A stretch of 56,045 bases of DNA, taken from a bacterium (GTDB lineage: Bacteria > Patescibacteriota > Doudnabacteria > UBA920). The position numbers and the translations under genes are program-made. The notes below the pieces were generated by a model. It saw nothing but the letters and a program-made list of their open reading frames with translations. It searched no databases and was not told where the DNA came from. This document shows, in pieces, positions 9,955 to 17,458 of the stretch (its first letter is position 1; each line of letters begins with the position of its first letter). The stretch spans positions 1-56,045 of the forward strand of contig JAJYWK010000006.1 of assembly GCA_021791515.1 (NCBI GenBank), in the 5' to 3' direction.

Positions 9955-10004
9955 AACCGGTAAGTGTTCGGCGGCAAGGAGGCGCCAAGGACATCTTACC
10001 GGTT
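9955..10004 (+). repeat. conserved 50-nt hairpin, copy B
   Basis: aaccggtaag-tgttcggcggcaaggaggcgccaaggacat-cttaccggtt followed by taattttg. See copy A at 7568-7617. Confidence 0.8.
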
Positions 10005-10010
10005 TAATTT

Positions 10011-10072
10011 TGTCATTCCGAACTTGTTTCGGAATCCATTAAATGGGTCCTGAAATAAATTCAGGACGACAC
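10011..10072. repeat. tgtcat...gaca double-hairpin palindromic element (MITE-like family)
   Basis: tgtc-attccgaa-cttg-tttcggaat-ccattaaatgg-gtcctgaa-ataaa-ttcaggac-gaca. Relatives lie at 19709-19769, 22043-22145, 26432-26529, 28487-28601 and 45897-45940. Confidence 0.7.
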
Positions 10073-10076
10073 AAAA

Positions 10077-10919
10077 TTAAAAAGTCCTGTTTTTCCCCAC
10101 AATCATTTTTAGGCGCTGGGGAATTATTTCCACGCTGGCCGGAAATTTGGCCACAATTCTGCCGAGCATGGTAAGCGCCGTGCCGCGGGGCTCTAAAAAT
10201 TCAATTTTGCGGCATTTAATTACCGAGGTGTTGGGTACCTTTTCCAAAATGCCTTCGTTAATGTCATTGCGGTGCGCGAGGATTTGCATTTTATTCAAGC
10301 GTTCTAAAATAAGCAAATCCAAATGGCCGTCGGTGGGGTTGGCAATTTTTTCGTTTTTGGCGGAATTGGAACGGATGTTAGCCACCAGGCCGCCGAGGCC
10401 TTTAATGGTTACTGTGTAAGAATCATCCACCCGAATAGTAAAAGCTTTGGCCTCGCTTGATAGTAGTTTTAAACTTTGCCACAGCCCCGCGGATTTTAAC
10501 TGCTGGCTGGTAACGCCGAATTCTAAAAAGCTAATAAAATAATTGCCGGCGATTTTGGCTAAATCAATTTTTTCCAAACGCCGCGCGGCAATGGTTTTAA
10601 CGCCTTCAAATACGCCGCTCATGCCTAAAATTTTTCCCAAGTTGGAGTTTTCGTCAAGCGGAATAAAACCCAAAGTAAAATCCCGACCCTTTAAGGCGGC
10701 CAGCATCATATTAAAAGTGTCGTCCGTGCCGCAGGCCACAAGAGTTTTCGCCCCGCGCTGGCTGGCGGTATCAACCAGATCCTGGACAGACCTAAGCGGC
10801 GTAACGCGGGCGGTTTCGCCGCCAATTTTAAATTCCGCCAAAAGGCCGGAAAGCTCAGTTTGGAGTTTTTCAAATTTGTCTAACGGTAGCCCGTTTTGAT
10901 CGAGGATGTAGTAATACAA
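10077..10919 (-). CDS. diacylglycerol/lipid kinase family protein (YegS/BmrU-like)
   Basis: 280 aa with a DAGK catalytic-domain pattern: LVACGTDDTFNMMLAAL...GFIPLDENSNLGKILG. Confidence 0.65.
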   Translation of the reverse strand: MYYYILDQNGLPLDKFEKLQTELSGLLAEFKIGGETARVTPLRSVQDLVDTASQRGAKTLVACGTDDTFNMMLAALKGRDFTLGFIPLDENSNLGKILGMSGVFEGVKTIAARRLEKIDLAKIAGNYFISFLEFGVTSQQLKSAGLWQSLKLLSSEAKAFTIRVDDSYTVTIKGLGGLVANIRSNSAKNEKIANPTDGHLDLLILERLNKMQILAHRNDINEGILEKVPNTSVIKCRKIEFLEPRGTALTMLGRIVAKFPASVEIIPQRLKMIVGKNRTF

Positions 10920-10920
10920 G

Positions 10921-11016
10921 GGATAACTGATAATTGATAATTGATAATTAATAACTCATAACCGGAACCGACAACTGCTTTAGTTATCAGTTATCAATTA
11001 ATTGTTATGAGTTAGT
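10921..11016. repeat. AT-rich stuttering repeat forming a long imperfect palindrome
   Basis: ataactgataattgataattgataattaataactcataac ... gttatcagttatcaattaattgttatgagtta, between two co-oriented genes. Confidence 0.6.
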
Positions 11017-11020
11017 TCAC

Positions 11021-11443
11021 CTATTCTTCTTCCAGCTCCGCGGCGTGTTTGTCGTTGCCGGGTTTTTTACCGTTTGTGGAGGTTACTATAGGTGCTGTGC
11101 CGTTCATGGCGCATTTGCCGGAAAATTGCGCGCCGTCTTCTACTCTTAAAATACTGCAGGCAATATCGCCGGTGATTTTAGCCGTGCTTTGGAGAATTAA
11201 ATGCCCGGCAATTTTAAGATTACCCACTACTTCCCCGCCCACCATGGCATTGCCGGCTAAAACGTCGGCCGCTATTTTGGCGCCGGGAATTACAAACACG
11301 CTTTGGCTGGTTTTTACCTTGCCGGATACCTGGCCTTCAATTTTTATATTGCCTTCGCTGTTTAAATCGCCCTGAATTTTTACGCTCGGACCGACTACGG
11401 TTTCGGCCGGGCCGTTAAGTTCACTATCTAACATTTTTTCCAT
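11021..11443 (-). CDS. bactofilin family protein
   Basis: Repetitive beta-helix pattern GDLNSEGNIKIEGQVSGKV...GNLKIAGHLILQSTAKITGDI...VEDGAQFSGKC. Confidence 0.8.
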   Translation of the reverse strand: MEKMLDSELNGPAETVVGPSVKIQGDLNSEGNIKIEGQVSGKVKTSQSVFVIPGAKIAADVLAGNAMVGGEVVGNLKIAGHLILQSTAKITGDIACSILRVEDGAQFSGKCAMNGTAPIVTSTNGKKPGNDKHAAELEEE

Positions 11444-11523
11444 ATATTTTCCTTTCTTAGGTTTACTGATAATTATTTAATTCTGCCAGAACTTTTTATT
11501 TTAACATTTTGCTTGATAGTTTT

Positions 11524-11641
11524 GGACAGGCAGTCGGTAAAATTTTTTTGTCCCGCGCCCTGCCTAGAAATGTCGTTTTGTTATTATCATTGTAGAAGGC
11601 AGGGCGTAAAGACAAAACAAATTTTACCCGACTGCCTGTCC
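11524..11641. repeat. about 118-bp nested palindrome
   Basis: The outer arms ggacaggcagtcggtaaaattt / aaattttacccgactgcctgtcc enclose the inner pair gccctgcc/ggcagggc. The right arm overlaps the last codons of the DUF4446 gene. Confidence 0.7.
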
Positions 11642-12109
11642 TGACTTGTCATTCGCTAATTTTATTGCCTGTTCTTCTTCCGCCGTTAGCTGGGTTTCGC
11701 TTTTGCCCGCGGTAATGCGTTTGGTGTATATACGGTTTTGCTGCCGGCCGTGCATGCTGGTAATTACCACGCCGTTTTGGTGGATATCCAAGAGCGCCAG
11801 AGAAAAGCTAAAATTGCCCCCGTCATCGGCAAAAGGGTTAAAACGCACCAGGCCTAATCGTTGAACGGCAAAGGATAAGTCGTGTTTAAGTTGAGCCAAA
11901 TTTTTTTCCAAATCCGCCTCCCTGGAATTTAAGTCTTGTAATTGAGTGGCCAAGCTTTGGATAATATTTTCCAAATCCGCTCCCGTGCTTCCGGCAAACA
12001 GGGTTCGCCTTAGCTTGTTAAAACTCCAAGTCTGCCACAACACAAAAATCAGCCCCAAAATGGACAAAAGGCTTAAAATTAAGGCGATAATGGGCAAATT
12101 TACACTCAT
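11624..12109 (-). CDS. DUF4446-like membrane-anchored protein
   Basis: N-terminal TM segment, a coiled-coil region, then RFNPFADDGGNFSFSLALLD...GVVITSMHGR. Confidence 0.6.
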   Translation of the reverse strand: MSVNLPIIALILSLLSILGLIFVLWQTWSFNKLRRTLFAGSTGADLENIIQSLATQLQDLNSREADLEKNLAQLKHDLSFAVQRLGLVRFNPFADDGGNFSFSLALLDIHQNGVVITSMHGRQQNRIYTKRITAGKSETQLTAEEEQAIKLANDKSGQAVG

Positions 12110-12194
12110 AACTGATATATTGTATCACTCCTTCGGGTTGCATTCAACTAAGGGGAAATGCTAGAATGTAAAAGTTATATTAACTATTTCAGTT

Positions 12195-12407
12195 ATGAGC
12201 AAAAAGCATAAACGGTTTCAGGAAACTTACAGTGGACAAATAAGCGGCGGTCTTTCTCATGAAGCGGAATATCGAATTATTAAATTTGATTTGTTAAAGG
12301 TAGGCATATTAAATTTAGTTTATTTAGCCGCGATTTTGGCTTTATATTTTGCTGACCAAAAAAGCCATTTTTTACAGAATTGGATGGCCAAAATATTACA
12401 TTTCTAG
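12195..12407 (+). CDS. hypothetical small membrane protein
   Basis: 70-aa ORF with one hydrophobic segment, followed by a terminator at 12438-12467. Confidence 0.4.
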   Translation: MSKKHKRFQETYSGQISGGLSHEAEYRIIKFDLLKVGILNLVYLAAILALYFADQKSHFLQNWMAKILHF

Positions 12408-12437
12408 TTAAAAATCAACAAAATTTAAATTTTATCC

Positions 12438-12467
12438 ATCCCGCCCTTTGCTGTCAAAGGGCGGGAT
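12438..12467 (+). terminator. intrinsic terminator hairpin
   Basis: atcccgcccttt-gctgtc-aaagggcgggat. Confidence 0.6.
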
Positions 12468-12502
12468 TGTCATATGTGATATAAAATTGAACTTTTTTGC
12501 AA

Positions 12503-12539
12503 TATATGATATACTAAGTGTATATTAAATATCATATAT
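12503..12539 (+). promoter_or_regulatory. 11-bp perfect inverted repeat overlapping the murA-fusion promoter and start codon (operator candidate)
   Basis: atatatgatat (12503-12513) and atatcatatat (12529-12539) are exact reverse complements. A third related copy, catatgtgatat, lies at 12471-12482. tatact and tatatt -10-like hexamers lie between them. Confidence 0.5.
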
Positions 12540-14061
12540 GAAATCAACTTTGGATGATAAACTAAAAATCGGGCAGTTTATTGCGGAAGTTAGGGAACTT
12601 AAGGGTTTTACTCAAAGCCAGTTTGCCAAAGCACTTAAAACTTCGCAGTCGGCCGTAGCCAGAATGGAAAGCGGCCAACAGAATTTAACCACCGAAATGC
12701 TGGCAAAAATCAGCGGCGCGCTAAACCAGGAAATTATTACTTTGGCCGACCGGTCGGTGAATTTTAAAATAGAAGGCGGGCGCAAGCTTTCAGGCAAGGT
12801 TTCTGTTAATTCTTCCAAGAACGCCGCTGTGGCTTTGTTATGCGCAAGCCTTTTAAATAAAGGCAAAACTGTATTGAAAAATGTGCCTAAAATAGAGGAG
12901 GTTAATCGGGTAATTGAAGTTTTGACAAGCCTGGGCGTGCAGGTAAAATGGCAGGAAAATAATGTGGAAATTCAACCGCCCAAAACAATCAGTATTAAAA
13001 ATATCAATAAAGAAGCGGCGGTTAAAACCAGAAGCGTGCTAATGCTTTTGGGGCCTTTGGTGCATTTGTTGCCTCAATTTAATTTGCCGCTGGCCGGGGG
13101 CTGTAAATTAGGCGCCCGCACGGTTCGCCCGCATTTGTTCGCTTTGGAAGGCTTGGGGGTAAAGATAAAAACCCATCATGACCATTATGAAGTTGCCGCT
13201 CATAAGTTAAATACATCCGAAGTTGTGCTGTATGAAACCGGAGACACGGTCACGGAAAATGTTTTAATGGCCGCGGCCAGAATTAACGGCCCAACAGCTA
13301 TTAAATTGGCTTCGGCCAACTATATGGTGCAGGATTTGTGCCATTTTCTGCAGGTGCTTGGCATTAAAATAGAAGGCATTGGCACGCCCACGCTAAAAGT
13401 TTACGGCAGAAGCCAAATTAACAAGCGCGCGGTCTATAATTTAAGCGAAGATCCAATAGAGGCCATGCTGTTTTTGTCTTTGGCCGCCACGACGAATTCT
13501 TCCATTATAATTGAGCGCTGTCCCATAGACTTTTTGCAGTTGGAATTGTTAAAGCTGGAAAAAATGGGGCTAAAATTTAAAATTTTAAAGCGGTACAAAA
13601 GTGAAAATGGTTTTACTGCTTTGGCAGATATTCAAACTTTTGAGTCCCGCCTTACAGCCTTGGAAGAAAAACTTCATCCCCTGCCTTCGGCATTTGGCAT
13701 AAATATAGATAATTTGCCGTTTTTTGTGCCCGTGGCCACTCAGGCCAAAGGCGTGAGTCTGGTTCAGGACTGGGTATATGAAAATCGCGCGGTTTATTAT
13801 ATGGAATTAAATAAACTGCGGGCGAATATTATTTTGGCTGATCCGCACCGGGTGTACGTGGAAGGAAAAAGTGATTTGCGCGGAGCGGAAATTATTTGTC
13901 CCCCTGCTTTGCGGCCAGCCGCGATAATTCTGATTGCCATGCTGGCGGCCAAAGGCACTTCTATCCTCCGCAATGTTTATTCCATTAATCGCGGGTACGA
14001 AAATTTGGTAAATAGGCTTAATCAATTAGGGGCTAAAATAGAAATTAACCATGGACTTTAG
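12538..14061 (+). CDS. murA: XRE-type HTH domain fused to UDP-N-acetylglucosamine 1-carboxyvinyltransferase
   Basis: Residues 1-70 are an XRE HTH (GFTQSQFAKALKTSQSAVARMESGQQNLT). The remainder is MurA-like: SSKNAAVALLCASLL, the active-site region LAGGCKLGARTVRPH, and the C-terminal RGYENLVNRLNQLGAKI. Confidence 0.8.
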   Translation: MKSTLDDKLKIGQFIAEVRELKGFTQSQFAKALKTSQSAVARMESGQQNLTTEMLAKISGALNQEIITLADRSVNFKIEGGRKLSGKVSVNSSKNAAVALLCASLLNKGKTVLKNVPKIEEVNRVIEVLTSLGVQVKWQENNVEIQPPKTISIKNINKEAAVKTRSVLMLLGPLVHLLPQFNLPLAGGCKLGARTVRPHLFALEGLGVKIKTHHDHYEVAAHKLNTSEVVLYETGDTVTENVLMAAARINGPTAIKLASANYMVQDLCHFLQVLGIKIEGIGTPTLKVYGRSQINKRAVYNLSEDPIEAMLFLSLAATTNSSIIIERCPIDFLQLELLKLEKMGLKFKILKRYKSENGFTALADIQTFESRLTALEEKLHPLPSAFGINIDNLPFFVPVATQAKGVSLVQDWVYENRAVYYMELNKLRANIILADPHRVYVEGKSDLRGAEIICPPALRPAAIILIAMLAAKGTSILRNVYSINRGYENLVNRLNQLGAKIEINHGL

Positions 14062-14608
14062 TTTTTTACATTTGGGAATTTGGACCTATGTGATTTTATT
14101 TTTTGCCATGTTTTTTGACGCCAATTTAATGATTATTATTGGTATTTTTGCCATAAGCTCCGGTTGGTTAAATTCATGGGCCATTGCCGGGGTAATAATT
14201 TTTGGAGCCTATTTAGAACAGCTTGCTTGGTTTGGGGTTGGAAGGCTTATGAAGAAATCTTCTTTTTTGTCCCTTTGGGCAACCAAAGTTATAGGAAGAT
14301 ATGATGAGCATTTAATTCACCGTTCGGCGCGTTCATTGCTTTTAACCAAATTTATTTACGGCACTCATCGCGCAACTTTGTTGCGCTATGGCATGCTGGA
14401 TTTTTTATTTGTTAAATTTGTTAAATCTTCGGCCATAGCGGTATTTTTTTGGCTAGGGATTATGGGGATTTTTGGGTTTGCCTTTAGTTTGTCTTATTTG
14501 GCTTTAAAAACTTATTTAAAGTACGCCCAATTTGGCTTGCTGGCGATTGTGGTGATATTTTTCTCAATCCAATATTTTGTTTCCAAGTCGCTAAAGAAAG
14601 AATTGTAA
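14051..14608 (+). CDS. integral membrane protein, possibly DedA/VTT-like
   Basis: 185-aa polytopic ORF that overlaps the murA stop by 11 nt. The family assignment is weak. Confidence 0.45.
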   Translation: MDFSFLHLGIWTYVILFFAMFFDANLMIIIGIFAISSGWLNSWAIAGVIIFGAYLEQLAWFGVGRLMKKSSFLSLWATKVIGRYDEHLIHRSARSLLLTKFIYGTHRATLLRYGMLDFLFVKFVKSSAIAVFFWLGIMGIFGFAFSLSYLALKTYLKYAQFGLLAIVVIFFSIQYFVSKSLKKEL

Positions 14609-14615
14609 AAATAGT

Positions 14616-15056
14616 ATGAAAGCAAATTTTAAATCGGCACTGTTTCTTGTATTAATTGCAATGGTTCTGCCGGAATTATTAACCGGCAGTTCGTCTATAA
14701 GCACATTCTTAAATCCTATTCATCTCATTATTCTTTTTCTGGGATACGGTGTTGCCGTACTTTTGATCAGAGAAATAGCTGTGAGGAATAATTTATCCTC
14801 TGGGGGCATTTTTATTTTAGGACTTGCCTTCGGAGTCTTTAACGAAGGGCTTCTGGCTAAAACTTTAATCCGTGCCAGTGAACTGCCAATCACTCAATAT
14901 AATAATTACGGCTACTTTTTGGGCGTTAGTTTTCCTTTTACTTTTGCCATTAGTTTTTGGCACGCGCTAGCTTCGGTGCTCGTGCCTATTTTGCTGGTAT
15001 ACTGGGTTTATTCTAAAAATAGCAGCCCCTTTTTGATTCATAAATCTATTACTTAA
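14616..15056 (+). CDS. hypothetical integral membrane protein
   Basis: 146-aa ORF with several hydrophobic segments. Confidence 0.5.
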   Translation: MKANFKSALFLVLIAMVLPELLTGSSSISTFLNPIHLIILFLGYGVAVLLIREIAVRNNLSSGGIFILGLAFGVFNEGLLAKTLIRASELPITQYNNYGYFLGVSFPFTFAISFWHALASVLVPILLVYWVYSKNSSPFLIHKSIT

Positions 15057-15095
15057 ACATTAATTCTTGATACAATTTCTTCGGTAAATCAAACT

Positions 15096-15318
15096 TGGTG
15101 GACCTGGGGGGAATCGAACCCCCGCCTCGGCAATAGCGCCCCAGCAGCAAATTCGCTATGCGAGTTGCTACGGGGTAAAAATGCCGCAGTAATATTTACC
15201 CCGTTACTTTTGGTGGACTCACCGGGAATCGGACCCGGGCCTCGGCAATGCGAATGCCGCGTAATACCACTTTACTATGAGCCCAACAAAAGTTACGGGG
15301 CCACTTTACTACAGGCCC
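15096..15318 (-). tRNA. interrupted tRNA-Ala gene (outer gene; inserts at 15139-15179 and 15195-15300)
   Basis: The acceptor halves gggcctg (15312-15318) and caggtcc+a+cca (15096-15106) include a G3:U70 pair. Removing the two CCCC...GGGGTAAA-type inserts gives D arm gtaa-agtggta-ttac, anticodon stem cggca/tgccg, loop ttCGCtat (8 nt), and T arm ggggg-ttcgatt-ccccc. Confidence 0.6.
15211..15284 (-). tRNA. tRNA-Ala(CGC), intact, nested inside the D-loop insert of the outer tRNA-Ala
   Basis: gggctca-ta-gtaa-agtggta-ttac-g-cggca-ttCGCat-tgccg-aggc-ccggg-tccgatt-cccgg-tgagtcc-a-cca, with G3:U70 present. Confidence 0.85.
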
Positions 15319-15407
15319 GTAAAGGATTGCAGATTTATGATTTAGGATTTAAAATATAAGAACTGCTGAATAATTTTAACTTATCGGCTAAGTTTAGTAA
15401 AGACACT

Positions 15408-15908
15408 ATGTTTAAGATAAAAATAATTGCACTCGGAAAATTTAAGGAAAAGGCTTACAGGGAACTTGAGCTTGAGTTTTTAAAGCGTCTGTCCCCTTTT
15501 GCAAAAATTAAAGTAGTGGAACTGCCGGAAATTGGCTATGGGAAAAATCAGGATTTGGAAAGAGTTAAAGAACAGGAGGCGGAAAAAATAATAGCTCAAT
15601 TGTTTACCCGCCAAAGCCTTGGCGTCGGCGGGCCGGAAGGCGCGGTTGTAATTTTAATGGAAGAAAAAGGGACATTAAGAAATTCCAAGGATTTTTCCTT
15701 GTTTTTAGAGCGGGTTGGCGGTTTGGGAAAGGAGCTGGTGTTTGTTTTGGGCAGTGGGATTGGGCTGTCCCATATTTTAAAGCCTTACAGCAACTATTCT
15801 TTATCTCTTTCACCTTTAACCTTTCCGCATAATATGGCGCGGATAATTTTAGAGGAGCAAATTTACCGATCTTGTATGATTTTGGCAGGCAAGGAATATC
15901 ACAAGTAG
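15408..15908 (+). CDS. rlmH: 23S rRNA (pseudouridine1915-N3)-methyltransferase RlmH
   Basis: SPOUT pattern MFKIKIIALGKFKEKAY... FVLGSGIGLS ...LSLSPLTFPHNMARIILEEQIYR. It carries a short hairpin-encoded insert (see findings). Confidence 0.8.
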   Translation: MFKIKIIALGKFKEKAYRELELEFLKRLSPFAKIKVVELPEIGYGKNQDLERVKEQEAEKIIAQLFTRQSLGVGGPEGAVVILMEEKGTLRNSKDFSLFLERVGGLGKELVFVLGSGIGLSHILKPYSNYSLSLSPLTFPHNMARIILEEQIYRSCMILAGKEYHK

Positions 15909-15993
15909 CTACAGAACTACCCGCCCGACTTCGCTACGACGAAGTCGTTGCGGGCGGGCAGAAAAGAGTCACTACAGATGCCTACAGATAACC

Positions 15994-17409
15994 TCACCTA
16001 GCCTCTCCTTTGAAAGGAGAGGAATTTTTTTGATTTGTTTCTGCGGCAATGAGGCCAAGGAGTATCCAAAGTAACATTTGAGTTTGCTGGAGGGTATAAA
16101 AGTAGTGGTCGAATTGCATGAGGACGAGAAAACAAGTAAATAAGCTGATAAGCAATAAGAGGTAAATAGAAAAATCATCCTTGAATTTATAGTATATAGC
16201 TTTTAGTTGGTACAAAAATATCCAGAGCAAAATTAAAGCAAATGGGATGCCGAGTTCAGCCGCCGCGATAATAAAATAGTTGTGCGGTGGCTGTTTTTCC
16301 CATGGCATTAAGGTTTTATTGGAGACCTGTTCCATATGAAGCAGGCCCTCCCCTGCTCCAACGCCAAATAGAGGATGTTGCTCGGCCATTTTTAGTCCCA
16401 TTTGATCATAAAACTTTCTGTCGATAGTAGATTGGTCTGAAAATGTTGCGCGGGTTAAAAGGAAGGGGCGGAAAATGGCAAAGCTGATTAAGATTGACAT
16501 CGCCAAAACCGAAATTGCGAGCCCCGATGATAGTCGGGGCGAAGCAATCTGGTTCGTTGATGAGATTGTTTCGCTGCCCTCACTTACGCTCGGGCCCCTC
16601 GCAATTTCCAATTTGCGATACTTCATCGTACCAAAAAATATAACCAGCCCAACCCCCAAAGCCAAGTATGCTCCACGTGAAAATGCCACAGTTAGTCCTA
16701 AAATATTGAGGAAAATAAGAAAGGAATAGGCTATTTTGGCCTTTTTTTGATTAGAAATCATTAGTAAATAAGCGGCAATAAGCACTCCGGTGACCAAGAA
16801 AGCAGAAAACACGTTAGGGTGAGGAAACGTCCCATAACCACGAATAAAAGTTGTTCCATTTGAAACAATCTTTGCGACTCCAAGCATATTTGGCGCAAGA
16901 TGCGACTCCCCTAGCCTATAAAGTCCCAGAGATGATTGTTTGGCAAATTGGGCCAAAGCAATAATTGATTGAATTCCACAGAACCACGCAAAAATCTTAA
17001 AAAACCAAGTTTTTAAATCAAATTTGCTAAATGCCAGATACGCTGTTCCATATGCAACAATAATAAATTCAAGGAATTTTATAAAATTCCATATATTTAA
17101 GCCAGAAATTGAGTTTTTTGCAAAGAAAAGCGCTAAGATAAGCCAAAATATTAATATCCACAATCTTTTATCCTTAATCCTTGACCAAAAAAGTGTAAAA
17201 TTAAACCATAAAATAAAGAGAAAGGCAAAAAATAATAAAATATCGCTTAAATATAAGGAAAAGCTTGTAAAATCAGAATAATCACCTGTTAGATAGCTTG
17301 AAGCCGTCAAAAAGACGTGTCTTATTGGAAAAAATAGCGATAACAAAAACAAAAAGGTAAAAACTTTAACCCAAATCTCTGAATTGAACTTTTTAAGAAC
17401 ATTTATCAT
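15994..17409 (-). CDS. O-antigen ligase/polymerase (Wzy_C) family membrane protein
   Basis: 471-aa polytopic ORF with AFSRGAYLALGVGLVIFF and a periplasmic-loop pattern typical of the O-antigen ligase family. The 3' end overlaps the hairpin cctctcctt-tga-aaggagagg. Confidence 0.65.
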   Translation of the reverse strand: MINVLKKFNSEIWVKVFTFLFLLSLFFPIRHVFLTASSYLTGDYSDFTSFSLYLSDILLFFAFLFILWFNFTLFWSRIKDKRLWILIFWLILALFFAKNSISGLNIWNFIKFLEFIIVAYGTAYLAFSKFDLKTWFFKIFAWFCGIQSIIALAQFAKQSSLGLYRLGESHLAPNMLGVAKIVSNGTTFIRGYGTFPHPNVFSAFLVTGVLIAAYLLMISNQKKAKIAYSFLIFLNILGLTVAFSRGAYLALGVGLVIFFGTMKYRKLEIARGPSVSEGSETISSTNQIASPRLSSGLAISVLAMSILISFAIFRPFLLTRATFSDQSTIDRKFYDQMGLKMAEQHPLFGVGAGEGLLHMEQVSNKTLMPWEKQPPHNYFIIAAAELGIPFALILLWIFLYQLKAIYYKFKDDFSIYLLLLISLFTCFLVLMQFDHYFYTLQQTQMLLWILLGLIAAETNQKNSSPFKGEAR

Positions 17410-17458
17410 AATCTAATTTTAACATCTTTATTAATTTGGTATAATTGACTAGTCCTGT

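Noticed and set aside
7568-10004. Whether the two 50-nt hairpins are integron attC sites closing gene cassettes.
   Set aside because: The outer ends do not fit the RYYYAAC / GTTRRRY core-site consensus. No integrase is nearby, and the cassettes carry their own divergent regulators. I kept the hairpins as an unexplained repeat instead.
15165-15359. ORF-track entries overlapping the tRNA loci: 15165-15359, 18345-18569, 18444-18638, 18642-18950, 17995-18291, 25067-25252, 25074-25472 and 51739-51969.
   Set aside because: They run through hand-folded tRNA genes and hairpin repeats, and they have no ribosome-binding sites or recognisable protein motifs. I treat them as chance ORFs.
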